A stretch of 61,961 nucleotides of DNA, filler included, from Choristocarpus tenellus KU-1152 (lineage: Eukaryota > Protista > Phaeophyceae), in the NCBI GenBank assembly GCA_964200185.2. It is 11 parts of 11 records of this genome, joined end to end, with 100 filler letters (N's around TTAATTAATTAA, not from the genome) between each part and the next. Parts side by side here need not be neighbours in the genome. Positions count along the whole stretch, not along the records: positions 24,185 to 28,772 come from CAXNAD020013891.1; positions 28,873 to 38,183 come from CAXNAD020003791.1; 9 more parts are not named here. One strand, 5' to 3'. Under the pieces are notes generated by a model. That model saw nothing but the letters and a program-made list of their open reading frames with translations. It did no database searches and had not been told where the DNA came from. The translations under genes and the position numbers were made by a program. Of the stretch, positions 24,476 to 37,386 are shown piece after piece. The first letter of the stretch is position 1. Every line of letters starts with the position of its first letter.

Positions 24476-24734
24476 GAGTGGAAGTATCTTAGAGGGTACG
24501 AGTTTTACCATATTTGTCCATTTTGGGCTTGGCTTCCCGTGTTTGTTTTTATTACATTTTTCCACTCCAAAATGTTTTGGAGTAGGTCAAATGTATACGT
24601 TATGAAAAGGTGTGTCCGGAAGAAGGATACTGACACTTTCTAGCAAACACGGTAGCCAAAATTATATCAAAATTGCAACATTGGATTTTGGTCCCCAAAT
24701 GGACGCGGCCCTACCCTCTAAGATACTTGGGCTC
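24476..24734 (+). mobile_element. MITE family A, full copy, 4-bp TSD ATTT
   Basis: ATTT|GAGTGGAAGTATCTTAGAGGGTAC...TACCCTCTAAGATACTTGGGCTC|ATTT. Confidence 0.92.
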
Positions 24735-25318
24735 ATTTACTACCATAACGTTCATGCAAGACAACTGTGGTGTAGGGCTAAGCTAGGTTGGAGGCATAGG
24801 AGGGGAGTGTTGTAGCATAGATGGTACTCAAATAGTAAATAGATGATAGAAAATATCTTTGACATTTACGACACCTGTTACTTTTACAGGGGTCCTTATG
24901 ATATTGAATTGGCCTTTCATTGTTTTTTCCCCTGACACATCTGCAAAATGTCAGAGGGTATAATAATATAAATACAAGACAACAATTTACCCATGTAGTC
25001 ACATTCATTTTATGAGTCAACTGTTAGTATTGAGGTTGGTAAAGGTGATGTTGTGTGAGTCAGACACATGACTCTCTCGTGATATCCCTGAGATGATGCA
25101 TTCAAACTAGGAATGATGAGGAGATCACGTTTTCTATTGTGATTGATCATAACCAATAACAATGGGGATCAATCACATGCTACTCTGAGGTTCTCAAGTA
25201 ATGTCCAGCGTACCCCACCCTATCTCTCACTTCTTCACTAAGCAACATCTGTGGGACGAACAAGTGAGTTTTTCTCTGCAATCAACACTTCGGTAGGATG
25301 GATCGGGAAAATGATACT

Positions 25319-26489
25319 TCATGAGTGGTATACATGAAGCCGCTTTATGCTTGTCTCTAGGGCACCCGCCACTCGGTAGTCCTCTTCAGTACCATGGATT
25401 GCCCCTATTCCTTCTAGGATGGGAGTTTCGTTCTCGGCCAGGTTCACAGCAGTAGTCTCACCCAAAATGCCTTTTAGAACGGGCCTGAAGTTCACATCCA
25501 CAAAAACCCTCGATTCATCTGGTACGTGAGGTGATCTGGGACATCAAAACGTCCTAAAAGGTCTGGCATTGCTACCTGGTGAAGCTTGCCATGGGTGAAG
25601 CGTAACATCAAAGTGTGAGTGAGTGAAAGTATCTTAGAGGGTACGAGTTTTGCCCTGTTTGTCCATTTTGGGTTTGGCTTCCCATGGAGTTTTATTATGA
25701 CCTTTTCCTACTCCAAAATGTTTAGGAGTGGGTAAAATGTATGCGTTATGAAAATATGTGTCTGGAACATGGATATCGACACTTCCTAACAAACACGATA
25801 GTCAAAATTACATCAAAATCGAAACATTGGATTTTGGCCTTGAAATGGACGCAGTCCTGCCCTCTAAGATACTTTGGCTCAGTAACAGTTTGAAACGACA
25901 CATGTTCTGACTGGTGATGAAAAGTACAGCATTTTTGACGTATGACTTGCACTCATCAGGATTGGTTTTGGCGAAGTCACGGAGAATCCAGTCGTCCGTG
26001 TTCACTACAGACCGTAACTTCTGGCTTGACGCCTTATTCTGAGGTAATTGACTCCGCCTCTAGCACCTTTCTCGGCCAGTACTTTTCAAACCCAAATGAT
26101 CTACACTCCCGAGGAAGATTTGCTGCAGAAACATGTACACTCACGCCCACAGGGTGCTGGCCGGGAGCTGTCACTTCCATGTTGTTCAGATAAACAGTAC
26201 AAGCACCATCAGCGAGGCAAGGTAACCTTATCAGAAGGGCTTGAGGATTCCATGCTGTTGGTGTCCTTAACCATGATCTCAATGGTGTGAATCTTACCCT
26301 CCAAGTCAGGGGTGCGAATGCCTAGTCCTGTGATGTATGTGATGAGTGGAAGACCCGGTACTGGAGCAGTCATTCGCATGTTGATTGTATCCTCTCCATC
26401 AGAAACCAGGTCGTACCAACCACCACTCTCACCAGTAAAATCGAAGTGCTTACCTGAAAATCCAGTCAGGTGAGGATCACCTACCACAC
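25319..26489 (-). pseudogene. GDPH-type (VWD-like) domain of a brown-algal extracellular protein family, frameshifted and MITE-disrupted
   Basis: Acceptor at 26490. VVGDPHLTGFSGKHFDFTGESGGWYDLVSD...ITYITG, then a frameshift to PCLADGA...SAANLPRECRSFGFEKYW, SEHVSFQTVT [MITE] HTLMLRFTHGKLHQVAM and KGILGET...AIHGTEEDYRVAG. Confidence 0.7.
25621..25880 (+). mobile_element. MITE family A, full copy, 3-bp TSD AGT, inserted in a coding exon
   Basis: AGT|GAGTGAAAGTATCTTAGAGGGTAC...CCCTCTAAGATACTTTGGCTC|AGT. Confidence 0.92.
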
Positions 26490-26697
26490 CTGTTTCAATT
26501 TGTACGTTCAACAGTAGCCAGTAAGTCTAAAATATAAAATTGAGATAAGAAACTGACTTGGGATCGTGTCAGGTGTTAAGAAGAATCTTCATAGAGGCAA
26601 AATGGGAAGGATTACGAAGAAAAAAAATGTTTTTGCCTTGAAATAAGATAAATATGTGCATAGTGTAAATATTCAATCTTGGAATATGGATACATCT

Positions 26698-26769
26698 TCC
26701 CTCGTAGTCCAACGGTTAGGATATCTGACTCTCACTCAGGAGACCCGGGTTCGACTCCCGGCGAGGGAG
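26698..26769 (+). tRNA. trnE-CTC: tRNA-Glu, anticodon CTC
   Basis: 72-nt cloverleaf: acceptor TCCCTCG/CGAGGGA, D arm GTCC/GGAT, anticodon stem TCTGA/TCAGG with CTC at 26731-26733, T arm CCGGG-TTCGACT-CCCGG, discriminator G. Confidence 0.96.
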
Positions 26770-26771
26770 TC

Positions 26772-26782
26772 TTTTTTTTTTC
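26772..26782 (+). terminator. RNA polymerase III oligo-T terminator
   Basis: T-run starting 2 nt after the tRNA 3' end. Confidence 0.85.
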
Positions 26783-27153
26783 CTATTTTACGGATGGTCT
26801 CAACCATAAGTATGTAACATTTGGTAAATATAGCAGCTTGTTTAGCAAATGACGAAGAAATTGGTGAAGTAAATCACATACATTAATTAATTGGTTTACT
26901 GCCTTACAATTGTCATCAAACGTTGGGATATTTTATTACTTTTTTCTTTTTTGTGTTTCGCGTTGTGAACCAATAGGACAGTGTAAGACTTCAATCTTCA
27001 ATTTCGCTATCCTACTCTCTCTTATTAGTATGTCTTAGGGCCTCATTTTTGGTCTCCTCCAAGTGATTTGTTCGATGCAGGGATAATGATTAACGGTCGG
27101 GTCATTGTTACATTTTTTTTGTTTAGTGTTACATGTTGTGGACTAAAAGAAAA

Positions 27154-27325
27154 GACCCACAGTGTCTGGGGGGGGGTCTATACCAGGATATCCATTTGGT
27201 CATAACCAGGAAGAGTGCACTTACATTATCCATCCGACGTACGCAACTAAATCACCAAAAATCGCTACATGAAAAAATTGACCACGAAGGGACAGTCGCC
27301 ACCCCCCCCCCAGATGCTTTGAGCC
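27154..27325 (+). mobile_element. MITE family B copy, 3-bp TSD AAA
   Basis: GACCCACAGTGTCTGGGG...CCCCAGATGCTTTGAGCC; the interior matches 49921-50097. Confidence 0.85.
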
Positions 27326-29479
27326 AAATGTAAACTCACTCAGACCTTCAATTTCTCTACCCTACTCTTTCTTAGTTGTTTGTGTTGGTGACTGATTTTT
27401 TGAACCCTGAAAAGATATAGATGACAAACCCAATTCTGTGTATGGAACGTGGGAGAACTATACCTAATTTCGTTTAATTATAAACCGAAAGAATATACAC
27501 CTTAAAATGTGTTCACCTTACACAATTTCAAATATTTAATTAGATTCAATCGTCGAGTCACAAAGAATATGACTTACTAGGTATATTGAATTTGATCCTT
27601 TTCTCCATCAAGTAGTGCTACTACTGTGAAAGGATTCAGACCTCAAAAATATGAGACTGCCTACTGTGATCTTTGTTTTTTTAAAGACTAAACAATACAT
27701 GACTGTGGGTTAAGAACACAGATTTATCATGATTTTTATTACTATTGTTTCACCATAATCAATCATTAATTACATACCCACCAGCAACATGTCATTACAA
27801 GAGGAGAGGAGGTACATACAAGAGAACTTGTACAACAAACACAATGACCAACGACCGGGTCCGTTTTGTTAACAAGTCCTAATAAAGAAGGAACAAATAC
27901 TTACATGTAATCAACATAGTACCATGCAAAGCAGTTATGGCAACATCAAATAAAAATATATACCTCCTGGACACATACTAGGACAGATTACTTAAATTGG
28001 CGAGCGGGCAGTCCATAGTCGCACTGCATCTCTCGCTGGAAACCCCCTCCCCCCTACCTCCCTCTTCCCATCCCACCTTCTCCCACCCTATCCCCAAAAG
28101 GGAACCACTGTTTCCCGTCCTTTCCCCCACTTCCTCCTCACCAACAAGCCAGCCTTCCTTCCTCTCCATCCCTCGTTCACCCAACTCCACCCACCCACCC
28201 CAGAGAATCCAGGCCACCTACTCCCCCCATTTATGACCGCCACGAGGGGCTCATACTCCAATTGTTGCTTCTGCACTTGATGGTGTCCAGATGGAGATCC
28301 TTGAATAAATATCACCACGGTCAGTAAGGTCTCTGGCAGGCTTCGCACTACCCACACATACACCCTCGTGCACATAGTGGATCTCCTGACGCACAAAGTA
28401 ACTGGCCCAGAGCTTGAGGGGGGGACTCCCTTAGTAGGGGCTGTCAGAGGCTCTGAGGTCTTTCATCTGGTCTCTGACCTTTGGATAAGCGATCGCCCGT
28501 TTAGCATACAGAAACGTTCAGGAGCTAGCTACCTGACTACTGGAACAATCCCAGTGGACTAACAGACGCCAGGAACCCTAAGGAGACGATCCCAAATCTC
28601 AGCAGGATCGGGCTAGGACACTTCACTTACACCATGGAGGTATCTCCAGGTGAGCGAGCGTTCTCCTAGCACAATCCAGAGCTCCGGGCACGGACAACCA
28701 TGTTCAGAGTACTGGTCCTTAATTATCATAATGAGAACCGGGTCAAAGTATCTTGGGGGGGGGGTGTCGGCGNNNNNNNNNNNNNNNNNNNNNNNNNNNN
28801 NNNNNNNNNNNNNNNNTTAATTAATTAANNNNNNNNNNNNNNNNNNNNNNNNNNNNNNNNNNNNNNNNNNNNGTGGTGTTGACCTCCCCCCCCCCCAGAT
28901 ACTTTGGGTCACAATGAGAGAAGAAAAAAAGGAGAGAAATTTGAAGGAAAGGGTACTGAAGGAGAAGGAGCTCAGTGTATTAATGGGGAAGACGATATAG
29001 CCAAAAAAAAATGGTGACGCATCGTTTTGGAGGACAAATCGGAGGTTCCCACCAAAAGAATTTTGAGGATGGACAAATTAGTATGCCACAATAACATATA
29101 CCAATATAACACAAATATACCAAAAACAATGTTTTCTTATGCTTCATAATGTCTTCGGTTTCTTCCATGGTCAAACTGTTCCACTGACTATCTCTTCTAC
29201 ATTCACTTTTTGGTATCTACCAGGGTAACGAAGAGACCCTATCTAATGCACAAACAGTCAAGGAAAATGAATTGAGTCATGTAAGGTCCACATCCAATCC
29301 AAGAATACCCCTCATCACATGTCAAACAAAGGAAATGGGAGGGAAGGGAAAGAGAGGAATATAAGGAAAAAAAAAGTCCAAAAAGAGAAAAACTGTTAGA
29401 AAAGCGGTATTCAGCAGAGAGTGATGATAGTTGGTTGGGCTGCTGTAACTCCTGCTTTAGCACGATGTTAGACAATATA

Positions 29480-31150
29480 TCACAGCTTCCTTTGGAACGC
29501 CAACTCTGCTGTGAAGCTCTTTGTGCCACCAACCACACACTTATACCACCTGTGTTTGTTATTACCCTTGCAATCATTGCCCAAACATTTCTTGGTTGCC
29601 TATCATTCACATCCATCAGTTCTGCCCCTGCCCACCTTACTTCCGGTTTCCATTCACAACCATCTCAAAATGAACACTTTAGAAGTCTCTCAACCCCCTT
29701 GCATGCAACTAAGCCTGTAAATAGAAGTCTCCTTTCTTGCACAGCCACCTCAAATCCTCACACCCAGACTTCAGAAGATAATTTTCGTAGTACAGTGTGG
29801 GATTGGTGTGTTCCTCTTCGCGAAATTCAATGCAGCATAGGAGAAATTGGTGTCAGCAGGAGTGAAACTTCATATATTGGACCTTCGTGGAGTAGCCGTG
29901 TCATACATTCAAAGAACAGAGCATCAAATACTTCAGCCTTGAGCATCCAGATATTATGTTTGGGTGATGCATCTGAGGATAGGAGCAAGGACACACCCTT
30001 GTTGAAAGCCTTGTCCAACCTCAAACCAGTCCGTACACTCTCCATCATTCATGCCAACACAATAACGTTTTAAATAATGGAATTGGCGGATGACCAATAC
30101 CACATCTCAGGCACTCCAAACTCGAAAGCACAGCCCACCGGAGATTACAACCAACAGAGTCATCCTATGCTTTCTGTTGGTCAATAGAAGCTTTGAAGGT
30201 AGGTACATGCTTTTCCTTGTTGAGCTCTCGAAGGGCACGTCCAGAGCAGAGTCCTAACATCACCACCAGAGAGCACCACCGGAGAGCACTGGGGGCAGAA
30301 ACCATATCATTCCTCATGGAGTATGTTCTCCCATTCCAAGCAATCTAGTGTCCTTCGTGCAACAAACACATTTCCAAGGTATGTCATCAATAAGATGACC
30401 GTGTAGTTACCACAGTCCATCCGATTCTGATTTTTGTGAAGCACTGTGATCTCTTCATCTTTCCAGACCCTGCAAATCTTCCTGATCCCAAATAGCCCAC
30501 ACAATCTTGTGGAAACTCTGGACAATAGACTCGTCTCCTTAAGAGATCAACTGATCAGAATCTCAGCTGGGAGATTATCTGGATCCATTACCTTCCCATT
30601 TCCGATTGCCTGGATAGATTCAGCTGCCTATATCAGTGTTGGTGGTGCATCAGCAAGTACCATACATCTGGATAGTTGGTTGAGTGCTTCAGGACTACGA
30701 GGGTTGAAGTTGACCGACTTGCCATTGAAGAGACTATATTATCGCCTCCGCCGTTCCTTGATGAGTGGCTGTGCTCTCCCAGAAACCTGCGAGGTTCATG
30801 TGCCCTCAGGCACTCTGATGGTTTCTCTCTACTTTGAACTGCTTGAGGGTTGGTAGAAAACAGGATAGTCCTCAAGGTAAATATGATCTTCCCATCTTGC
30901 TGATATAGGTGTCAGAGAACTCCTGTTCTGTGGGTGGGTAGCAGGGGGTAGCTGCGTGTTGTGATTAATATCACACCGCACATTGCATGAAGGCGAACTG
31001 TGTCTTCTCCTTCTCACATTTTCCAGGATACTTCCTAAAGTCAACGTGTAATTTTATAGGGGGTTACATGCCTTTGCCTACAGGCTGTGCCATACACTGA
31101 GGAAGTGAGCATCGCTCAACAATACTTGGGATGGCTTGCACTCGGGACCC
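29480..31150 (-). mobile_element. Non-LTR retrotransposon (RTE-like LINE) reverse transcriptase remnant
   Basis: Decayed motifs: IQAIGNGKVMDPDNLPAE; WKDEEITVLHKNQNRMDCGNY...ILHEE*YGF; IDQQKA*D; IWMLKAEV; VQERRLLFTGLVA...RLLKC. The RT core appears internally deleted. Confidence 0.8.
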
Positions 31151-33830
31151 TCCATGACTGATGTCTATTAGCAGTCTCGTACTATTTGCCCCTCTATTAC
31201 GCTCATTGTGCCAAGTGTGATGAGACGCCTCTCAAGGTGCCAGAAAATTATACTTGTGGGAAATCATCTCAACGAAAAGTGCTTGTGAAACCTACTTACT
31301 GCCACTCAAAGTGGTCAACATGAGGGTGTCATTCAAGGTTTATGTTTGTGTATAGGAGTGATGACATCCCTCCATCGGACCTTCCGACACATGGAATTGT
31401 TGGTGGTTAGACCTAAATGATCCACACTCTAATCCATGCAACCTATTGCCTGCACTCTAATTGTGTTACTGTGTTCATCTGTTCCCAAGACCATGTGGCA
31501 AATATTCTCTTTCTTAATTGCTCATTGCATTAACATCCTCTTGTGTGCTTCATCCCTGCACACTTCTGTTGCAACTATTTCTGAACGCTCTTGACAAACA
31601 GAACAAATCCTCGCCATATAAAATCCCTCTCTCATTTGAAACAGTCATACCTTGATACTGGCGACCTTCGATGGCCAGGACAGGGGTACTGCAAAAGGGT
31701 GCAATGCTGTGCGTGGGTAACCGGGGGTGTGTGTGCTGGGGTGGAGAGAGGAATGGAAGCCTCAGCAGGTAGTAACAAGCGTGCTGCAACAGCCCCTGGA
31801 GGAAAGGAAGAGGGGTGAGGCATACTTTGATAGCTCATAGGGGCTGTGCTAGGGGGAAAATACTAAGAGAACATTCGGCATTGAGCAGCAACGGTGCTTG
31901 AGCAGCACCAGATGGAAGGGCACAGTGGGCCAATGAGCATTGTGTGACTGGGGGCATAGAGGTGAAGAAGCTCCACCAGGATGAGAAGGAAAGGGTCCGG
32001 AGAGAGGGATCTATGCCTGGGTAGAATGGTGCACTTTACCTGGGGGATCTGAGCCTTTCTGAACAAAATTTGACGATTGAACAAAATGTACTTGCGTGAC
32101 TGTGGGGTCTGGAGGCAACTCAAAACTTCGAACTGGGTAACAGGGAATTAATAGTCGCACAAGGACAGGACTTTGCAAGACACCTAAAAAACAAAGTGTA
32201 TTCTGGGCTATCCCTCCACATAATGTTTAACAACATAATGGTTGGAGTATAGGTGGAAGAGAAGGGAGGGGTGTCGACGAATATTACAATGCCCATTGTT
32301 GTGGAGGAGAAAGAATAGCATAAAATGCGCGAAATACAGCGGGCAAAGAAAGAGAGACCATCTTGTAGTGAGGATCTTCCTATGCAACAGAATATAGCAC
32401 TTTATCCTTGTATGGCACCTATTTGACTGGGACCACCAGAACTTAATTGTATTTCTTCATGTCCTGAACCTCCTGATCGTTGGGGCACAACCCACAACAA
32501 AAGTAGTCACGTTTGAGCGGCCTGTAAGCAGTATCCCAGCCTCCATTAGCCATTTGTTGTTTGAAACACACTCCATCTCAGGCCCCACCTGACTGACAAT
32601 CTACTCCTTCGCCGCTAACTCAACATTGTGTGTTCCTTCCCTTATTTCCACCTGGTGAGACAGATAACATAACCTTCCTGGGTAGCTATGGAAAGTGATC
32701 TTTCTAGATCGTAGTCAATGATATCATATCCAATGGACCAACAATCTCGTTCGAAGAATGTGCCTACACGCCCCATCCCCCCCGTTTCGCCACCTCATTG
32801 TTATATTGCGTACGTCACAGGCGGCTATCGCACTCTCTCGGTTCCGAGTCTGCGAAAGTGTTGCCTCATGTTCCGGGGACCGTGTCGCAAGAAGTGCCAG
32901 TTGTCTCCCTCTCCTTTCTCAGCGTCAGGAAGTTGACTTCCTCTGTCCTCGTGTCTGTTTTTAAACTATGTGTTTCATCTTATGTCAACGTAAAACGATT
33001 GAATGGGTGAGTTGTAATTGTGGTACAATTTTATCGAGTGATGGAATGTACTGTCCAATGTAAGTGAGAGAGTAGGGGGTAAATCGAAGTTCTTTGATCA
33101 TCAGGTTATGTAGAGGAATATTATTCGTTGTGTGGGTGAAGTGATTGATTTGGGTTTAGAACATTCAGAGTAAGGAATTGAGGTTTAGTGTGTTGAAATT
33201 GTGTATATAGTGGGGTTTGATGAGGTCTCACAAATCCACTAGACCATTTACCTCATACACATCCACACTATTGATGTCCAATAAGTCATTGACCCTTGAG
33301 GCTAGTCACTTCATTTGGTCACTATATGGGTGGCATTTTCCCTGTCATATCTACAATATCATAGATGGTATAATAACAAAAATTGGGATTGGAATAAAAA
33401 AAAACTTAACTGACATTTCATTATAGTGTCATATTATATGTCAGTTGAGAAATGACTCCTTCTGGGGGTGATGTGTTGGTTATTATAATTTTTCCGGGGT
33501 CTTTTCACCTCTGCATCTGTACTGTAACGTAGATAAAGTGAGTTGATAGAATAATGAAAATATGTTTTGAATTATAGAAATCCAACAGAAGAACTTTTGG
33601 GACGTTGGGAATTGTGTTCTTTCCGTTTACTTTACGTTTCACTACATATTACGACCTCTCAAGTAGGAAGAACAGAGAACGTTTTATAGAGGAAGACGAA
33701 TGTCTATAATGTCCAACCACGCGAGGTTAGGACAACAGTGGCACGGAATTAGAAGTCCACAGCTATTAGGTTCTCAATGACACCATACTTGACTGCCAAC
33801 GTGATCTAGGACGTAGGGTTCCTTCTGTAG

Positions 33831-33972
33831 GCCCGAGGACTGATTGATCTTGACGTAACAGGGTTTGTACGTCCAATCATGGGTACAATCCTTCCAACAC
33901 TAATAAACCAAGATGAACCTACTGGTGTCGTTACACTTAAGGTGAGACCTACAGAGTAGAGACGAAGAGACG

Positions 33973-34007
<35 letters not shown>

Positions 34008-37000
34008 CGTGAATGAGAGATGTGTAGTATATGGCCTTATGTTTGCTGCATCGCATTTGCTAATGTCCTTGTATACTCAACTCTTTCATCTTAAGCGATG
34101 AATTGTCATACCAAGGAGATATCCACTGTTTTTAACCCTGCCAAAGGTAACCTTACCCATATGTCTGTGACTTCTTTCACCACGCTAACCCCCCTCATCC
34201 AGGCAATCTTGAATGAATACGAAGCTATGAAAGCTGACCAGAGGGAAACACCGTTCTCTGATTTGGAGATATACCGTGGTCTGGAGAGAGAACTTATCAT
34301 GACGCTGGGTCTCGGGGCAAAATTCAACGTCCTCGTCGTGGATGATAGCCAAATTTCGTGGAAGCTAGCTAGAAGAGCCCTAGCGATGCCCCACTTCTAT
34401 ACGGAGGTATTTGTAGCTTTCATTCATCGCTAAAGCAGACTTGTAGACTCAAGGTCACCACCAACTTCTCCGTAGAGATCAAGGGTCTTCTGCGTGCTTG
34501 TTACCTAGTAGGATTACAAGGACAGACCAACGCGTCCTATTCCACTGCGGCCAGATGCTTGGATCCGACTTTTTCAACTCTTCAAAGAACATGTTATCAT
34601 ATGTCTACCTGAGTGTCTACTCATATATTTTTTTCCTTCGCTTTTTACTGAAATAACTGAGCTTGCCCAAACCTGTGCTTGGATGGTATTGTGCAGGTTG
34701 CTCAGACTGGGATGGGTGGGTTAGAGATGCTAACCCAGAACCCATCGAAGTATGACCTGGTCCTCCTCGATATCATCATGCCCGGTCTTAATGGAATTGA
34801 GGTGGGGGTAAAGGGCAACCTGTAAGAATTGACTGTTCTCAGTCCAGCACCAATCATGTGTTATCAAAGAGGAAGAAGTGGGTATGGATCGGTGTTTGGA
34901 CCTGTTTTATCAGTGTTGCAGATATGCACTACAAAGGTATATGTTATCCATTGGACTGCACTAATCCCCTTCCGCTTCTCACCCCACCTCACCCCACCTT
35001 ACCTTATTTCTGCGTTGGTGCCCAGGTTCTGACCCAAATGAAACAAAATTCACAACTTTCTCGGATCCCGGTAGCAATGCTCTCAGGAAACGAAGATCAA
35101 AGCTTAGGTAAGATTCTTTATTAGGGGGAATGGAGAGGATCAGTGGGAGACACCAAGGTATTATGTCATTCTTGATTAGGAAAACCTGAAGTGAACATTT
35201 TTGGAATGTGTATGGACAGGGAAAGCGTATGGAAGGGAAAGATCAATGCAAATTTAACGGGTCAAGAATGTGAATGGTAGCAAGTACTAAGATAATACCT
35301 ACTTACCAAATTTGGGCATTGCTTTGTCCTAAACCGACTAGGGTACTCTGCAAATAGATGTGGTGTATGCAGACCTTTCTGGACTGACCATCACGGAGGT
35401 GGGAGGAAAATATTAATGACCAGCATTCGAAATCATCCAAGGTGCTCTAATATTCAGCACCAGATATGTATAGATTGATGAAGCAGCAAACAGGAGTGGA
35501 GTGCAGGGGAGGCAGGGGGGGTGAAGTGTAACTTCTTGCCTGTATTTTCCCCAACCCTGCCTGACCCTGCACATCACTCTTGGCCAGATGTCACTCTTCA
35601 CGGCAACCAATGCTTTCTTTCCCACATTGTCTCACCCCTCAAATCCGTTCCATTCTAACGCCATCCTTTGATTGCACCAACCTTTCCCCTCCCTTCAAAA
35701 CACCCCAGTGGAAGAGTGCCTGGCAAGGGGGGCTGTGGATGTCCTTCTGAAGCCCTTAAGAACAGAGGAAGTTCTCAAGATTGCCAAGAAGCATAGCCTT
35801 GGGCAGCCCATAGCACGGGGGCATCTCAAGGGAGGCCATCCCAGAGTTGCAATACCTAGGCATGATCCAACTGAATTTGTGGCTTCAAGCCATCAGCACA
35901 AGCAGCCCAGGGAAGCTCTAGACAATTTTCCACACTCCTTGGGCTTAGGAGTGGTGAGACCTGCTGCTGTAGTCCTTGTGGTAAATGATGCATGGAAGAG
36001 GCAATCTCCTGTTCTGTTGCTCTAATGCTTACTGACCATGCATGAAATGTTGTCTTGTGCTACCCCCTGTACTTCTACCTGATGGCCCCTACTTACAGTT
36101 TTGCCAAAAATATTGCTTCCCACGCACCTCTTCCTGACCAACAAAGCGCTGTACCCATGCATGTTCGTTCTTCCGGTAGGGAGATACAGTGCCGGATTTT
36201 GTTCTTATGGACAAGAATTCTGAGCCCTTCAAAGTGTCCACAGAACTCAACAAAACCGGAGGGCAATTGCTCTTTGCCTTCTTCCCTGGTGCTTTCTTGA
36301 GATCAGGATGGGATTCCTCTAGCCCCCAGGGGAAGGGGCACGGGATGATGCACAGTGGCAGATATGGGGTGGGGAAAGGAAATGTGGAGGGGGAGGCTAT
36401 GAGACATTGGCGGGGCTCAGTTTTTGGAGAGGAAATGCTTACAATGCTCAACAATAATCTAGAGGAGATTCGGTATGCTATGAAAGTTGTTTATTCCATG
36501 ATCTTAATCACAGATGTGTTTTTCATGCATTTTTGTCCTGTTCATGTTCTTCATTTTTGATTTGCAAGAGCAGACGGGAAGAACCCCAACCCTAACACAT
36601 GTGGTACTTTGGAGAATTATGACACATACATGATGCTCGTTTTCCTCGAAAACCCAATTTCCACAACTCTTACCATTTGTGGTCAGAAATACGGTTTGGT
36701 TCCTGTCTGAGGCTGAAGAGAGCATTCACAAAATGGACTAGAAGCTTTTCTTTTGTGCTGTGTTTTAGTTGTCAGCAGTTTTGCACATATCTCTCCCCAC
36801 CACCCCACCCCCCAAGTGTGTATCCATATGCTTTGTATGTAGTATCTAATAATGAGCTATGAGGTCAGAGGACTATGCTACACTACACACCTCTCGTCCC
36901 CCCAAAATGTCCTCTCCCTATTTTCACACGCCTAAGAAGGCACCACCTCACAAAGACCCTTACTGCACATAACTCTAAACAACGGTTTCGGCAGAGCCAC

Positions 37001-37320
37001 GGGCACAAGTGTTGTGGGCGTGGGAAGGGAGTCACCCCCAGCTTTGAAGGCTTTCTCGACGCATCTCCGCCTCGATTTTCCTGTAATTTCAGACCCGTCT
37101 CTAGAATTGACAGAAAAACTCACAGGACTCTTTAACCTAAAGCTATTTCAGTCGCTGGAAGGTAAGAGAATGGGTGCCTAAATGGAAGTGGGAAGAGCGA
37201 GGGAGGGAGGGGGGGGGGGGGGGGGGGGGGTTTTGCCAGGGGGGGGGGGGGGGGGGAGGGGGGAGGGAGGTTGGGGGTTTTTGAAAAATGCGCGCGTGTC
37301 CTTGTTTGGGNNNNNNNNNN

Positions 37321-37386
<66 letters not shown>

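Noticed and set aside
27980-28740. Possible LINE 3' remnant
   Set aside because: No diagnostic motif found, so left uncalled
29435-30073. 212-aa plus-strand ORF
   Set aside because: Antisense to the LINE RT remnant; no recognisable motif
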